Assembly (NCBI GenBank): GCA_023247445.1
Contig: JAHFGL010000002.1
Location: 64,553-128,552 of the forward strand
Length of the DNA: 64,000 nt
Direction: 5' to 3'
Source of the DNA: Candidatus Omnitrophota bacterium
GTDB taxonomy: Bacteria > Omnitrophota > Gorgyraeia > Zapsychrales > Zapsychraceae
This document shows, in pieces, positions 38,060 to 47,273 of the stretch. The notes beneath the pieces were generated by a model. The model made no database searches, was not told where the DNA came from, and saw only the letters and a list, made by a program, of their open reading frames with translations. How positions within the stretch are numbered: the first letter of the stretch is position 1; the number at the start of each line of letters is the position of its first letter. The position numbers and the translations under genes are program-made.

Positions 38060-38909
38060 TCTTTTCTTAACACAAAATCTTCCTGATGCGCCTTCCCGCA
38101 GTTTTGTCCAAAAGCTGATTGAGTCGGGGTATGTCAGCGTGAATAATTCGATTGTTAAATCGAAATATAAAATAACAGAAGGGGATACTATCTCCGTTGA
38201 TGTTCCTGAAGAGTTTTTGGCACCGGAAAATATCGAACCGGAAAATATTCCCTTAAATATTTTTTATGAAGATGATCATTTACTGGTGATCAATAAACCT
38301 ATTGGCATGCTTGTTCATCCGGCGAGTGGCTGTAATACGGGAACTCTCGTTAACGCGCTTCTACACCATTGTCAGCAACTTTCGGATTTTAATTCTCCAC
38401 TGCGCGCGGGTATTGTCCATCGGTTAGATAAAGAAACATCCGGATTAATTATTGTCGCGAAAGATAATACAACGCATGCCAAGCTTGCCAGGCAATTTCA
38501 AAAGCATACCATCAGAAAGAAATATTTAGCTTTGGTCGAAGGGCAAATTGAATTTGATGAAGGGATGGTCGATGTGCCTTTGGGCCGTCATGAAAAACAT
38601 CATGATAAGAAGATTGTTAGTTTTGAAGAATCAGCAAAAGAGGCCTTAACATATTATAAAGTTATCAAGCGCGTTAAGGGCACGACACTCGTTGCCTTGT
38701 TTCCACAAACTGGACGAACGCATCAGCTGCGCGTTCATATGGCTTATTTAAAGCATCCGATTTTAGGCGATAGCAAATATGGCAAAAGAGATAATTTTGA
38801 GCGTTTAGCGCTACATGCGCAAGCGATAGGTTTTATCCATCCCTTTCGAGCGTGTTATCTTGAGTTTTCAACTAAGCCACCAAAGGAATTTTTGGAAAGA
38901 GTTAAGTGA
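38007..38909 (+). CDS. rluD: RluD-type pseudouridine synthase
   Basis: S4 domain RLDLFL, INKP.GM.VHP, VHRLDKETSG, TGRTHQLRVH; ATG 38007. Confidence 0.88.
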   Translation: MSTHVLKVEPPSINQRLDLFLTQNLPDAPSRSFVQKLIESGYVSVNNSIVKSKYKITEGDTISVDVPEEFLAPENIEPENIPLNIFYEDDHLLVINKPIGMLVHPASGCNTGTLVNALLHHCQQLSDFNSPLRAGIVHRLDKETSGLIIVAKDNTTHAKLARQFQKHTIRKKYLALVEGQIEFDEGMVDVPLGRHEKHHDKKIVSFEESAKEALTYYKVIKRVKGTTLVALFPQTGRTHQLRVHMAYLKHPILGDSKYGKRDNFERLALHAQAIGFIHPFRACYLEFSTKPPKEFLERVK

Positions 38910-39025
38910 CCCCTCGGGAATTCTTTCCCGAGGGGTCATCCTGAGGAACGGCTGCCTGCCGCAGGCAGAAGTGACGAAGGATCTCCTAGGAGATCCTTCA
39001 GTCGCTTTTGCTCCTTCAGGATGAC
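38907..39025. repeat. Composite palindrome: 14-bp hairpin fused to a GTCATCCTGAG-class REP with an internal mini-hairpin
   Basis: tgacccctcgggaa/ttcccgaggggtca; gtcatcctga...ctgcctgccgcaggcag...gaaggatctcctaggagatccttc...tcaggatgac. Confidence 0.85.
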
Positions 39026-39137
39026 GATCATCGAGCCCGGTATATAAATAAACTAATACAAAGAATTCATATTAGCATCTTTACATCTTGAGCAATTTCA
39101 ATATAATATAGATAAATTAATTTTTGGAATTTGACCC

Positions 39138-39974
39138 ATGACCAATAAATCCTCAGGAAAAGTTTTAACCGTTTTTATCGTCATTATTGCCATCCTTTTG
39201 ATTTCTTTAACGGCTATTTCAATTTTCTTTTTTCAAAAAGAACTTGAGAGAAGAAAGTCTGTCGAGCTGATTCTTGAAAAAATCAAGGCTAACGAACAGA
39301 AACTTGAGGGAGAGTTGAAGGTTGTTAGGAAAGAAAAGTTTCTCTTGGAGGAGAAAAATAAAGAAGCGGATGAACGTATGAATAATTTAATGGATGAACT
39401 TGATTTGCAGTCAGGCTTAAGGGAAGAGGTTAAAAAAGAGAATGTTGCCTTAAAAGAACAATTAAGTAAAGAGACGCAAACACGAGAAGCTTTGCAAAAA
39501 AAGTTTGAAGATGGGGGAGCTTTTGAGCAACAAATTGCGGATTTAAAAGCGAAGCTTGCAGCGGAGACGAACTTAAGAAATCAATTAGAGCAACAAAATA
39601 AAGACCTTCAAGAGAAGTCAGCCAGCCTCGAGCAAAGTTTGGGCAAAGAATTTTCTTCCGCTCCAAAGCCTTCCAAAGAAATAAAAGACGCGCAAAAAAA
39701 GGTTGATTTAGAAAAGATTGTTGTCGTTCCTAATGAAACTCCTGAAGGTCGTATTTTAAGTGTTGATACAGACACAGAATTTGTTATTGTTAATTTAGGC
39801 CAAAAAGATGGCGTCAATGTTGGCAATATTATGTCGGTTTATCGAGGCAAAGAATATTTAGGTGATGTGAAAATTACCCGTGTTCAGCCAGAGATGTCAG
39901 CGGCTGATCTGATACCACCTTTCTCAAGTCGTTTAGTACGCAAGAACGATCAAGTAGTCTCTGCTCAGCAATGA
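39138..39974 (+). CDS. Membrane-anchored coiled-coil protein with a C-terminal beta domain
   Basis: N-terminal TM, long heptad region, EGRILSVD...FVIVNLGQKDGV..G (FlgT-C-like). Confidence 0.7.
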   Translation: MTNKSSGKVLTVFIVIIAILLISLTAISIFFFQKELERRKSVELILEKIKANEQKLEGELKVVRKEKFLLEEKNKEADERMNNLMDELDLQSGLREEVKKENVALKEQLSKETQTREALQKKFEDGGAFEQQIADLKAKLAAETNLRNQLEQQNKDLQEKSASLEQSLGKEFSSAPKPSKEIKDAQKKVDLEKIVVVPNETPEGRILSVDTDTEFVIVNLGQKDGVNVGNIMSVYRGKEYLGDVKITRVQPEMSAADLIPPFSSRLVRKNDQVVSAQQ

Positions 39975-41263
39975 TTCTTACGGTTAAACCTTCTGATTTC
40001 TTACAAGGGACAATCGAACTTCCTTCTTCCAAGTCGTACTCCATTCGTGCGTTTATGATTGCCGCGTGTGGTGGGCACTCCATAATTTTAAATCAATCCG
40101 ATTGTGAAGATGCTCAAGTGGCTTTGTCTGTTGCGAAAGCATTTGGTTCAAAAGTAAAACGTCTTGGCAAAAACAACTGGGATGTCATCGCCAACCAATC
40201 GAATACGCCTATTTCACATATTCATGTCGGAGAATCGGGAACTGTGCTGCGTTTTGTCTTACCTTTAGCCGCACTGCGTGGTCAAAAGACTTTAATCACG
40301 GGCGAAGGAACATTAAAGGGACGACCCAATTTATTTTTAATAGAAACACTTCGTCAAATGGGGAGTTCTCTTCGTGGTCAGGGCCAACAACAGAGTATTC
40401 CGATAAAAATTCAAAGGAGTAATCTTCGCGGGGGAAAAATTGCAATTGATGGCTCTTTAAGTTCTCAATTTATTTCAGCGTTGCTTATTACTTGCCCGCA
40501 ATTAAAAGAAAATACTCAGCTGAGATTAACAGGAAAGAATCTCGTTTCTTCCGACTATATTACGATGACTTTGCAAGTTCTTAAGCGCAGTGGAATTAAA
40601 ATAAATAATATTGGTGAACGAAAATTTATTATTAAGGGAAATCAGTCTTTTAAGGGGTTGAAGAATTTTACAGTTCCCTCTGATTATGGTTTGGCCGCGT
40701 TTTTAATGGCAGCGGCTTCTCTTGTTCCATCGGAGGTGACCTTCACCGGATACTTGAAAAATGATCTGATTCAAGCCGACGGCCAAATTATTTCATTGTT
40801 AAAGGCAATGAATGTTAAGTTTAAGAAAACAGATCGCTCAATTAAGATCAAGGGTCCATTTGAGTTAAAGGGCGGAAACTTTTCCCTTAAAAATGCGCCG
40901 GATTTAGTTCCCATCATGGCGGTTTTGGCATTGTTTGCTAAAGGTAAAACCCGTTTGTATGACATTGGCCATGCCCGAGCGAAGGAATCAGACCGGATAA
41001 GTGATTTAAGAAATGAGTTACTTAAGGTAGGTGCGCATATTAAGGAAACAGCCGATGAGCTCATTATTTCTCCTCAAAAAAATTATAAGAAAAACATTCG
41101 TTTAGATCCGCATCATGATCATCGTTTGGCCATGGCTTTTTGTGTTCTTGGCTTAAAACTTGGTGTCAGCGTTAAGGATATAGAATGTACCGCCAAGTCC
41201 TACCCTGGTTTTGTTCGTGACTTCAAATTAATGGGTGCTAAAGTCACTTCAGCTCGTCTATAA
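39971..41263 (+). CDS. aroA: EPSP synthase
   Basis: PSSKSYSIRA, GESGTVLRF, SSQFISALL, KESDRI, DHRLAMAF. Confidence 0.96.
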   Translation: MILTVKPSDFLQGTIELPSSKSYSIRAFMIAACGGHSIILNQSDCEDAQVALSVAKAFGSKVKRLGKNNWDVIANQSNTPISHIHVGESGTVLRFVLPLAALRGQKTLITGEGTLKGRPNLFLIETLRQMGSSLRGQGQQQSIPIKIQRSNLRGGKIAIDGSLSSQFISALLITCPQLKENTQLRLTGKNLVSSDYITMTLQVLKRSGIKINNIGERKFIIKGNQSFKGLKNFTVPSDYGLAAFLMAAASLVPSEVTFTGYLKNDLIQADGQIISLLKAMNVKFKKTDRSIKIKGPFELKGGNFSLKNAPDLVPIMAVLALFAKGKTRLYDIGHARAKESDRISDLRNELLKVGAHIKETADELIISPQKNYKKNIRLDPHHDHRLAMAFCVLGLKLGVSVKDIECTAKSYPGFVRDFKLMGAKVTSARL

Positions 41264-41385
41264 CTTATTTAAATTGATGTGTTTAGAAAAATTAAATTGA
41301 CATGTTTTTTCTTTTCATATATTATGGTTCAAATTCAAGTTATAAGAGATTAGATTTTTAGAATTTACCCCCGGAATAAACACTC

Positions 41386-42459
41386 ATGTTACAAAAGTTA
41401 GGCAAACTCGTAAAAAAATTCTTCAATTATATCCTCGGACTTTTTTCCAATGACATTGGTATCGATTTAGGGACAGCCACAACCCTTGTTTATGTTAAAG
41501 GGGAAGGGGTTGTTTTGTGTGAACCGTCTGTTGTGGCCATTGAAAAAGATACTAATCGTGTTATCGCGGTTGGAGATGAGGCGAAAAAGATGTTAGGTCG
41601 AACACCAGGAAATATTATTGCGATTCGTCCAATGAAAGATGGTGTTATCTCTGATTTTGAAATTACAGAAGCGATGCTCAAATATTTTATTAAGAAGGTT
41701 CATAAACGTAAGGTTCTTGTCCGTCCCGCGATGGTCATTGCGATTCCTTCAGGAATTACTGCCGTTGAAAAAAGGGCCGTACGTGATTCGGCGGAACGTG
41801 CTGGGGCCCGATCGGTTGAACTTATTGAAGAACCAAAGGCAGCCGCCGTTGGTGTTGGATTACCCGTTGAAGAAGCCGCCGGAAACATGATTATTGATAT
41901 CGGTGGCGGTACAACGGAGTTTGCGGTTATCTCTTTGGGTGGTATGGTTTATGCGAAATCGATTAAAATCGCCGGGGATGAGATGGATGAGGCGGTTATT
42001 GAATATTTGAGAAAGACGTATAATTTGATGATTGGTGAACGAACGGCTGAAGAAATTAAAATTCGTATTGGTTCAGCTTATCCACTTGAAGAAGAATTAA
42101 GTATGGATGTGCGTGGCCGCGATTTGATCTCAGGCTTACCAAAAACAATTACGATTACCTCAGTTGAAATTCGTGAGGCTTTGCATGATCCTGTTCAAGC
42201 CATTGTTGATGCTTCCAAAACAACGCTTGAGCAAACTCCACCAGAGCTTGCGGCTGATTTAATTGATCGTGGAATTGTTATGGCTGGAGGAGGATCTCTT
42301 CTACGTGGCATCGATAAACGTATTGCTGAAGAAACAGGATTGCCCGTCCATGTTGCCGATGACCCGTTAACAGCTGTCGTTTTAGGGACTGGCCAGACAC
42401 TCAGCATGGGACAACGTTTACGTCGTCGTATTGTTGTTCCCACAAAACTTGATTTTTAA
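41386..42459 (+). CDS. mreB: Rod shape protein MreB
   Basis: [42 protein letters not shown]. Confidence 0.97.
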   Translation: MLQKLGKLVKKFFNYILGLFSNDIGIDLGTATTLVYVKGEGVVLCEPSVVAIEKDTNRVIAVGDEAKKMLGRTPGNIIAIRPMKDGVISDFEITEAMLKYFIKKVHKRKVLVRPAMVIAIPSGITAVEKRAVRDSAERAGARSVELIEEPKAAAVGVGLPVEEAAGNMIIDIGGGTTEFAVISLGGMVYAKSIKIAGDEMDEAVIEYLRKTYNLMIGERTAEEIKIRIGSAYPLEEELSMDVRGRDLISGLPKTITITSVEIREALHDPVQAIVDASKTTLEQTPPELAADLIDRGIVMAGGGSLLRGIDKRIAEETGLPVHVADDPLTAVVLGTGQTLSMGQRLRRRIVVPTKLDF

Positions 42460-42489
42460 CCCCCCATGAGTTCCCGGACGGTTTAATGA

Positions 42490-43275
42490 GTGTTCAAAAA
42501 AAATTACAAGTCTATAGCTTATATTCTCATTCTTATCCTGCCGCTTTTTCTACTTTTTTCCCAGTCTAAATTATTTTCCTCATTTAAATTTAGTATTATT
42601 GAAATTACATCTGTCCCGATGCAAATCATTTCTTTTCCTATTCGGGAAATAAGAAAAATGCTTTATTATCACTGGACATTTGAAGAATATAAAAGGTTGT
42701 CGAAAGAAAACAGTGTCCTTAAAACGCGTTTAGCTGGACTAGAGCAGACCATCAATGAGAATGCGCGTCTCGAACGTTTGTTAGAAGTTAAACGTAATTT
42801 AATCTATTCATCAGTCGCGGCGAACATTATTGGACGCGATCCCTCGTATTGGAATTCATCCATTATTATTGATAAAGGATCAGCAGAAGGTGTTCGGCAA
42901 GGATTCCCGGTTGTCAATGCCTGGGGCGTGGTTGGGAAGATCGTTGAGGTGGGCCCTCATAAAAGCAAAGTGATTCTTTTAACTGATCCAGAATTTAGTG
43001 TGGCGGCCACCATTGAGCGTTCCAGAGAGAGTGGGCTGGTCAGTGGAACACTCCAAGGTCTTTGTCGTATGAGATATCTTAGTGTTGATGCGGATGTTCG
43101 ATTGGGAGATAAGGTTATTACATCGAAATTAAGTTCTGCGTTTCCCGAGAATATGATGGTTGGTGAGATTATAAAAATAAATCAAACGGTGAATCAATCA
43201 TCGCTCGAGTGCCTCATTCGCCCAACGGTTCCGATATCTCAGTTAGAAGAGGTTTTGGTAATTCTAAAGCAGTAA
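42490..43275 (+). CDS. mreC: Rod shape protein MreC
   Basis: TM, coiled coil ENARLERLL, IIDKGSAEGV, GVVGKI, GDKVITS; synteny. Confidence 0.93.
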   Translation: MFKKNYKSIAYILILILPLFLLFSQSKLFSSFKFSIIEITSVPMQIISFPIREIRKMLYYHWTFEEYKRLSKENSVLKTRLAGLEQTINENARLERLLEVKRNLIYSSVAANIIGRDPSYWNSSIIIDKGSAEGVRQGFPVVNAWGVVGKIVEVGPHKSKVILLTDPEFSVAATIERSRESGLVSGTLQGLCRMRYLSVDADVRLGDKVITSKLSSAFPENMMVGEIIKINQTVNQSSLECLIRPTVPISQLEEVLVILKQ

Positions 43276-43299
43276 GTTAACTCCATTCTAGAGTTTATT

Positions 43300-43785
43300 A
43301 TGCGAAAATTGGCATTAATTGCTGGCTTTGTTTTCGGCTTTTTTCTTGTTGAGCTATTAATATTCAATCTCGTTGGCCGCTTATTTATTCCTAATCTATT
43401 GCTGCTTTTAATCGTTTCTTTTAGTATTTTTTTTGGTATTCGTTATGGGCTTTTTACCGCCGTCTTAGCAGGTGTTTTAAGAGACAGCTTTAGCACGGAC
43501 CATTTTGGCCTCCATATTTTTACTTTTATTCTTTGTGCTTTTGCCACAATCCTTTTAAAAAGATATATTTATCATCGAGGTTCTCCATTCTCGTTTTTTC
43601 TTCTCACATTCTTAATAAGCCTTATCAATATTGTTACACAGTTTGTTTTAGGAATAATGCTAGGGCAAATTGATTTTTATCAAATGATTCGATTTGTTTT
43701 AATCCCCGAGGTTGTCAGTACCATTGTGATTGCTAATTTTGTCTTTTATCAATTAAGAACATGCGTATTAAAATTATTCGTCTAA
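43300..43785 (+). CDS. mreD: Rod shape protein MreD
   Basis: Hydrophobic; PNLLLL, GVLRD; between mreC and mrdA. Confidence 0.85.
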   Translation: MRKLALIAGFVFGFFLVELLIFNLVGRLFIPNLLLLLIVSFSIFFGIRYGLFTAVLAGVLRDSFSTDHFGLHIFTFILCAFATILLKRYIYHRGSPFSFFLLTFLISLINIVTQFVLGIMLGQIDFYQMIRFVLIPEVVSTIVIANFVFYQLRTCVLKLFV

Positions 43786-45476
43786 TTATTATTATTTTAT
43801 TTGCGATGATTGCCATGGAGCTTGTTTACATCCAGGCAATCCGCGGACAATACTTTTATCGTTTAAGCAAGAACAATCGTATTCGCGTTGTTCCATTAGA
43901 AGGCTCGCGTGGGCGCATTAAAGATGTTAATGGGGTTTTTATGGCGGACAATCGAATGGCCTATAATGTCGTCATCACTCCCCATGATTTAAAAGAAACG
44001 GATAAGGTCTTTCGTTTTTTAAGCGAAGTTTTGGATACAGATTTAAAAACAATTGCTAAACGATATCAACGTGATCGCACGGCCCCTTTTGCCCCAGTTA
44101 TTATTGCGGAAGATATTAACCGACGAACGGCAATTACCATCGAAGAAAATACTTATCGATTTCCGAGCCTTTCTATTCAAGAAAGTTTTAAGCGGTATTA
44201 TCCACTTGAAGATAATAGTGCGCATATCTTAGGATATGTTGGTAAACGTAATCGCACGGAGTCAGGGAGTTTTAAGGAATATGGTTATTCGCCACAAAGT
44301 ATGGTTGGTTATACAGGGATAGAAGAATATTATGATTCATTTTTGCGAGGAGAAGTTGGGGGAATACAGGTTGAGGTTAATAGCCGTGGTCAACAGGTAC
44401 GACTTCTTAGTTTTAAAGAACCTAAAAAGGGTGTGGATTTAATTTTGACAATTGATACGCGTATTCAACAAAAAGCACAAGAATTGTTAGCGGCACGAAG
44501 AGGGGTCGCCATTGTTATGGATATGGATAATGGAGAGATCTTGGGGCTGGTAAGTTCTCCGGGCTTTAATCCTAATGTTTTTATGAATAGTGAAGATAGA
44601 AAAAAGATTTCTTCACTTTTTTATGACACCGCATCACCGCTTTTAAATCGAGCGATTAAGGGATTGTTTCCGCCAGGATCAGTTTTTAAAGCTATCTTGG
44701 CCACGGCGGGATTAAATAATCAGACGATTTCAACAAATACAACTTTTATGTGTAATGGTGTTTATCAGTTGGGAGGCATGGAATTTCGGTGCACGCATAC
44801 CCACGGGGCGCAGAATATTTTTGAGGCTATTGCACATTCTTGTAATATTTATTTTTATCATTTAGGGTTAAAGTTGGGTGTTGATACCATTGAAGAATAT
44901 GCACAACTTTTTAATTTGGGCCACAAAACAAATATTGATCTTCCGTATGAAGAGGCGGGATCTATTCCCAGCCGTCAAGGCCGCTTAGCCAATCAAAAGA
45001 GAAAGTGGTATACAGGCGAAACATTAAATTTATCCATTGGACAAGGAGATGTTTTGACAACACCTCTTCAGTTAGTCCGCATGATGGCAACCATTGCCAG
45101 CGATGGACTTGAAGTTCAACCTCATGTGATTAAAGCTATGGGGGACAATTTCACTAATCAGTTTTCTGGGAAGAGACAAATTGATATAAGAAGAGATGTT
45201 TTTAAAAAAGTTAAGGAGGGGCTAAGACAGACGGTTACTGATCCAACCGGTACAGCCGCTGATTTAAATATATCTAATTTATATGTTGCGGGGAAAACCG
45301 GGACGGCGCAATCATCTGGTAATCAAGAAAATCATGCCTGGTTTGTTGGGTATGTTAAAGGGGAACATCGAAATGTTTCTTTTTGTGTCTTCCTTGAGCA
45401 TGGCGGTTCAAGTCATAATGCGGTTTTACTGTCACGGGAGTTGTTGGTTTATATGCAGAGTGAAGAAATATTATAA
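43761..45476 (+). CDS. mrdA: Penicillin-binding protein 2
   Basis: RGRIKD, RYYP, PPGSVFK (SxxK), SCN, KTGTAQ. Confidence 0.95.
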   Translation: MRIKIIRLIIIILFAMIAMELVYIQAIRGQYFYRLSKNNRIRVVPLEGSRGRIKDVNGVFMADNRMAYNVVITPHDLKETDKVFRFLSEVLDTDLKTIAKRYQRDRTAPFAPVIIAEDINRRTAITIEENTYRFPSLSIQESFKRYYPLEDNSAHILGYVGKRNRTESGSFKEYGYSPQSMVGYTGIEEYYDSFLRGEVGGIQVEVNSRGQQVRLLSFKEPKKGVDLILTIDTRIQQKAQELLAARRGVAIVMDMDNGEILGLVSSPGFNPNVFMNSEDRKKISSLFYDTASPLLNRAIKGLFPPGSVFKAILATAGLNNQTISTNTTFMCNGVYQLGGMEFRCTHTHGAQNIFEAIAHSCNIYFYHLGLKLGVDTIEEYAQLFNLGHKTNIDLPYEEAGSIPSRQGRLANQKRKWYTGETLNLSIGQGDVLTTPLQLVRMMATIASDGLEVQPHVIKAMGDNFTNQFSGKRQIDIRRDVFKKVKEGLRQTVTDPTGTAADLNISNLYVAGKTGTAQSSGNQENHAWFVGYVKGEHRNVSFCVFLEHGGSSHNAVLLSRELLVYMQSEEIL

Positions 45477-45484
45477 AAAGGTTT

Positions 45485-45554
45485 GTCACAAAGTCACCAA
45501 GTCACAAGGTCACCAAATTATGGTGACTTGGTGTCAGGTGACCTGTGACCTTGT
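45485..45554. repeat. Inverted octamer tandem array (gtcacMaa)
   Basis: gtcacaaa gtcaccaa gtcacaag gtcaccaa, then tggtgact tggtgtca ggtgacc tgtgacct tgtg; fills the mrdA-rodA gap. Confidence 0.8.
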
Positions 45555-45557
45555 GTT

Positions 45558-46664
45558 ATGAGACGCGACTTAGAAAATAAAATTTGGATTTATACCTTGG
45601 CGATCATTGGGATAGGCTTGTTGGCCTTGTACAGCGCTTCATCGGTGAATGTCCGTGTTTCACAGCAAGTTTTTTATGACCAACTCTTATGTGTTTCCAT
45701 TGGGCTTGGTATTATGTATCTTTTAGGTAATGTTGATTACCGTCGATTTTATGATGGCGCTTATATTTTCTATATTGTTAATGTTTTTTTGTTAATCGGA
45801 GTTTTAGTAGGAGGGCGTCATGCGTTAGGGGCCCGGCGTTGGCTGGAAATCGCGGGACTTAGTTTTCAGCCATCGGAGTTTGCTAAATTAGCCCTCATCC
45901 TTATGCTGGGACGTTATTTTAGTAATCGACGGCCGACCCTTTCGTTTGATCTTTTGAGCAGAACACAAATTATTTTTAAAGGACTCATCATTCCTTTTTT
46001 ATTAACATCCGTTTTGATGATCCTTATTTTTAAGCAACCAGATCTTGGAACATCCATATTACTTTTTGGCGTGTTCGTAATTATGTTATTAGTTAGTGGT
46101 TTAGAATATCATTATCTGCTAACATTTCTAGGTTTATGTTTAATGGCGGTTCCGTTTTGCTGGAAGTTTCTTAAACCTTATCAAAAAGATCGACTTTTAG
46201 TTTTCTTAAATCCTAATATTGATCCTTTGGGAGCGGGATATACCATCATTCAATCCAAAATTGCGGTTGGTTCGGGTCAAATATTTGGTAAAGGTTGGCT
46301 GGCTGGAACGCAAAATCAATTGAATTTTTTACCGGAACGTCATACCGATTTTATTTTTTCTGTCATTGGCGAAGAGTGGGGACTACTTGGAACGTTACTA
46401 CTTGGCTATTTTTATTTCTTACTCATTGGATGTTGTTTTTCGATCGCTGAGCAGGTCAAAGATAAGTTTGGAACATTTGTCGTCATAGGGATTGTTTCTA
46501 TCCTGGCATTACAAGTTATTATTAATATCGGAATGGTCTTGGGTCTCTTTCCTGTCGTGGGTATTACCTTGCCTTTTATTAGCTATGGCCGTTCGTCCTT
46601 ATTGATTTTTCTTGTTATGATGGGATTTCTTCTTAATTTAAGCAAACGCCGAACGGTTTTTTGA
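45558..46664 (+). CDS. rodA: SEDS peptidoglycan glycosyltransferase RodA
   Basis: GARRW, QPSEFAK, QPDLGT, GYTIIQS, LPERHTDFIFS..GEEWG, LPFISYG. Confidence 0.95.
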   Translation: MRRDLENKIWIYTLAIIGIGLLALYSASSVNVRVSQQVFYDQLLCVSIGLGIMYLLGNVDYRRFYDGAYIFYIVNVFLLIGVLVGGRHALGARRWLEIAGLSFQPSEFAKLALILMLGRYFSNRRPTLSFDLLSRTQIIFKGLIIPFLLTSVLMILIFKQPDLGTSILLFGVFVIMLLVSGLEYHYLLTFLGLCLMAVPFCWKFLKPYQKDRLLVFLNPNIDPLGAGYTIIQSKIAVGSGQIFGKGWLAGTQNQLNFLPERHTDFIFSVIGEEWGLLGTLLLGYFYFLLIGCCFSIAEQVKDKFGTFVVIGIVSILALQVIINIGMVLGLFPVVGITLPFISYGRSSLLIFLVMMGFLLNLSKRRTVF

Positions 46665-46769
46665 TATTTCCGACGTATTTTATACCTTAAAAATTAAATT
46701 AATAATTTGTCGACTCATTATTACTATAGTAAAATCAAAACGCTAGAAGGCCTTGGGATCGTTTAACAT

Positions 46770-47219
46770 ATGAGACAATTTAAGAAAGTTACTAATAAAC
46801 ATCTGGGAGAACTCCTGGTTGAACGTGGCATTATCAGTCGAGAACAAGTCAACGTTGCCATCGCGCATCAAAAGGCTAGTGGCGGATTAATGGGGGAAGT
46901 ACTTGTTGAGTTAAAATTCGCGACCGAAAAAGATATTGCCCAGGCCATTACCTGCCAGTATGGATTTCCCTATCTACCGTTAGCTAATTATGAAATTGAC
47001 AAAGAGGTTGTTAATTCTGTCCCTGAAAATATTTGTCGCAAATTTTGTATTATTCCGATTGATATCATTGGAAAAAGTTTAACACTCGCTATGGCTAATC
47101 CACTTAATATCCAGGCCTTTGAAGATATCGAGCTGTTAACGGGTTGTTCAATTCAAGCCTTTGTGAGCACTTCTAGCGACATCAAACAGGCTATCGACAA
47201 ATATTACAAACCTTCGTAA
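46770..47219 (+). CDS. Stand-alone MshEN/T2SSE_N domain protein
   Basis: HLGELLVERGIISREQV..AIAHQ...MGEVLV; LTLAMANPLN; no ATPase domain. Confidence 0.85.
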   Translation: MRQFKKVTNKHLGELLVERGIISREQVNVAIAHQKASGGLMGEVLVELKFATEKDIAQAITCQYGFPYLPLANYEIDKEVVNSVPENICRKFCIIPIDIIGKSLTLAMANPLNIQAFEDIELLTGCSIQAFVSTSSDIKQAIDKYYKPS

Positions 47220-47273
47220 GTTTTTTACAGGCTTTCGTATGAATATTTTAATTTTATGTAAAAAAGTTAATCA

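Noticed and set aside
45283-45561. 92-aa ORF ending VCHKVTKSQGHQ...
   Set aside because: Overlaps mrdA in another frame and simply reads through the octamer repeat
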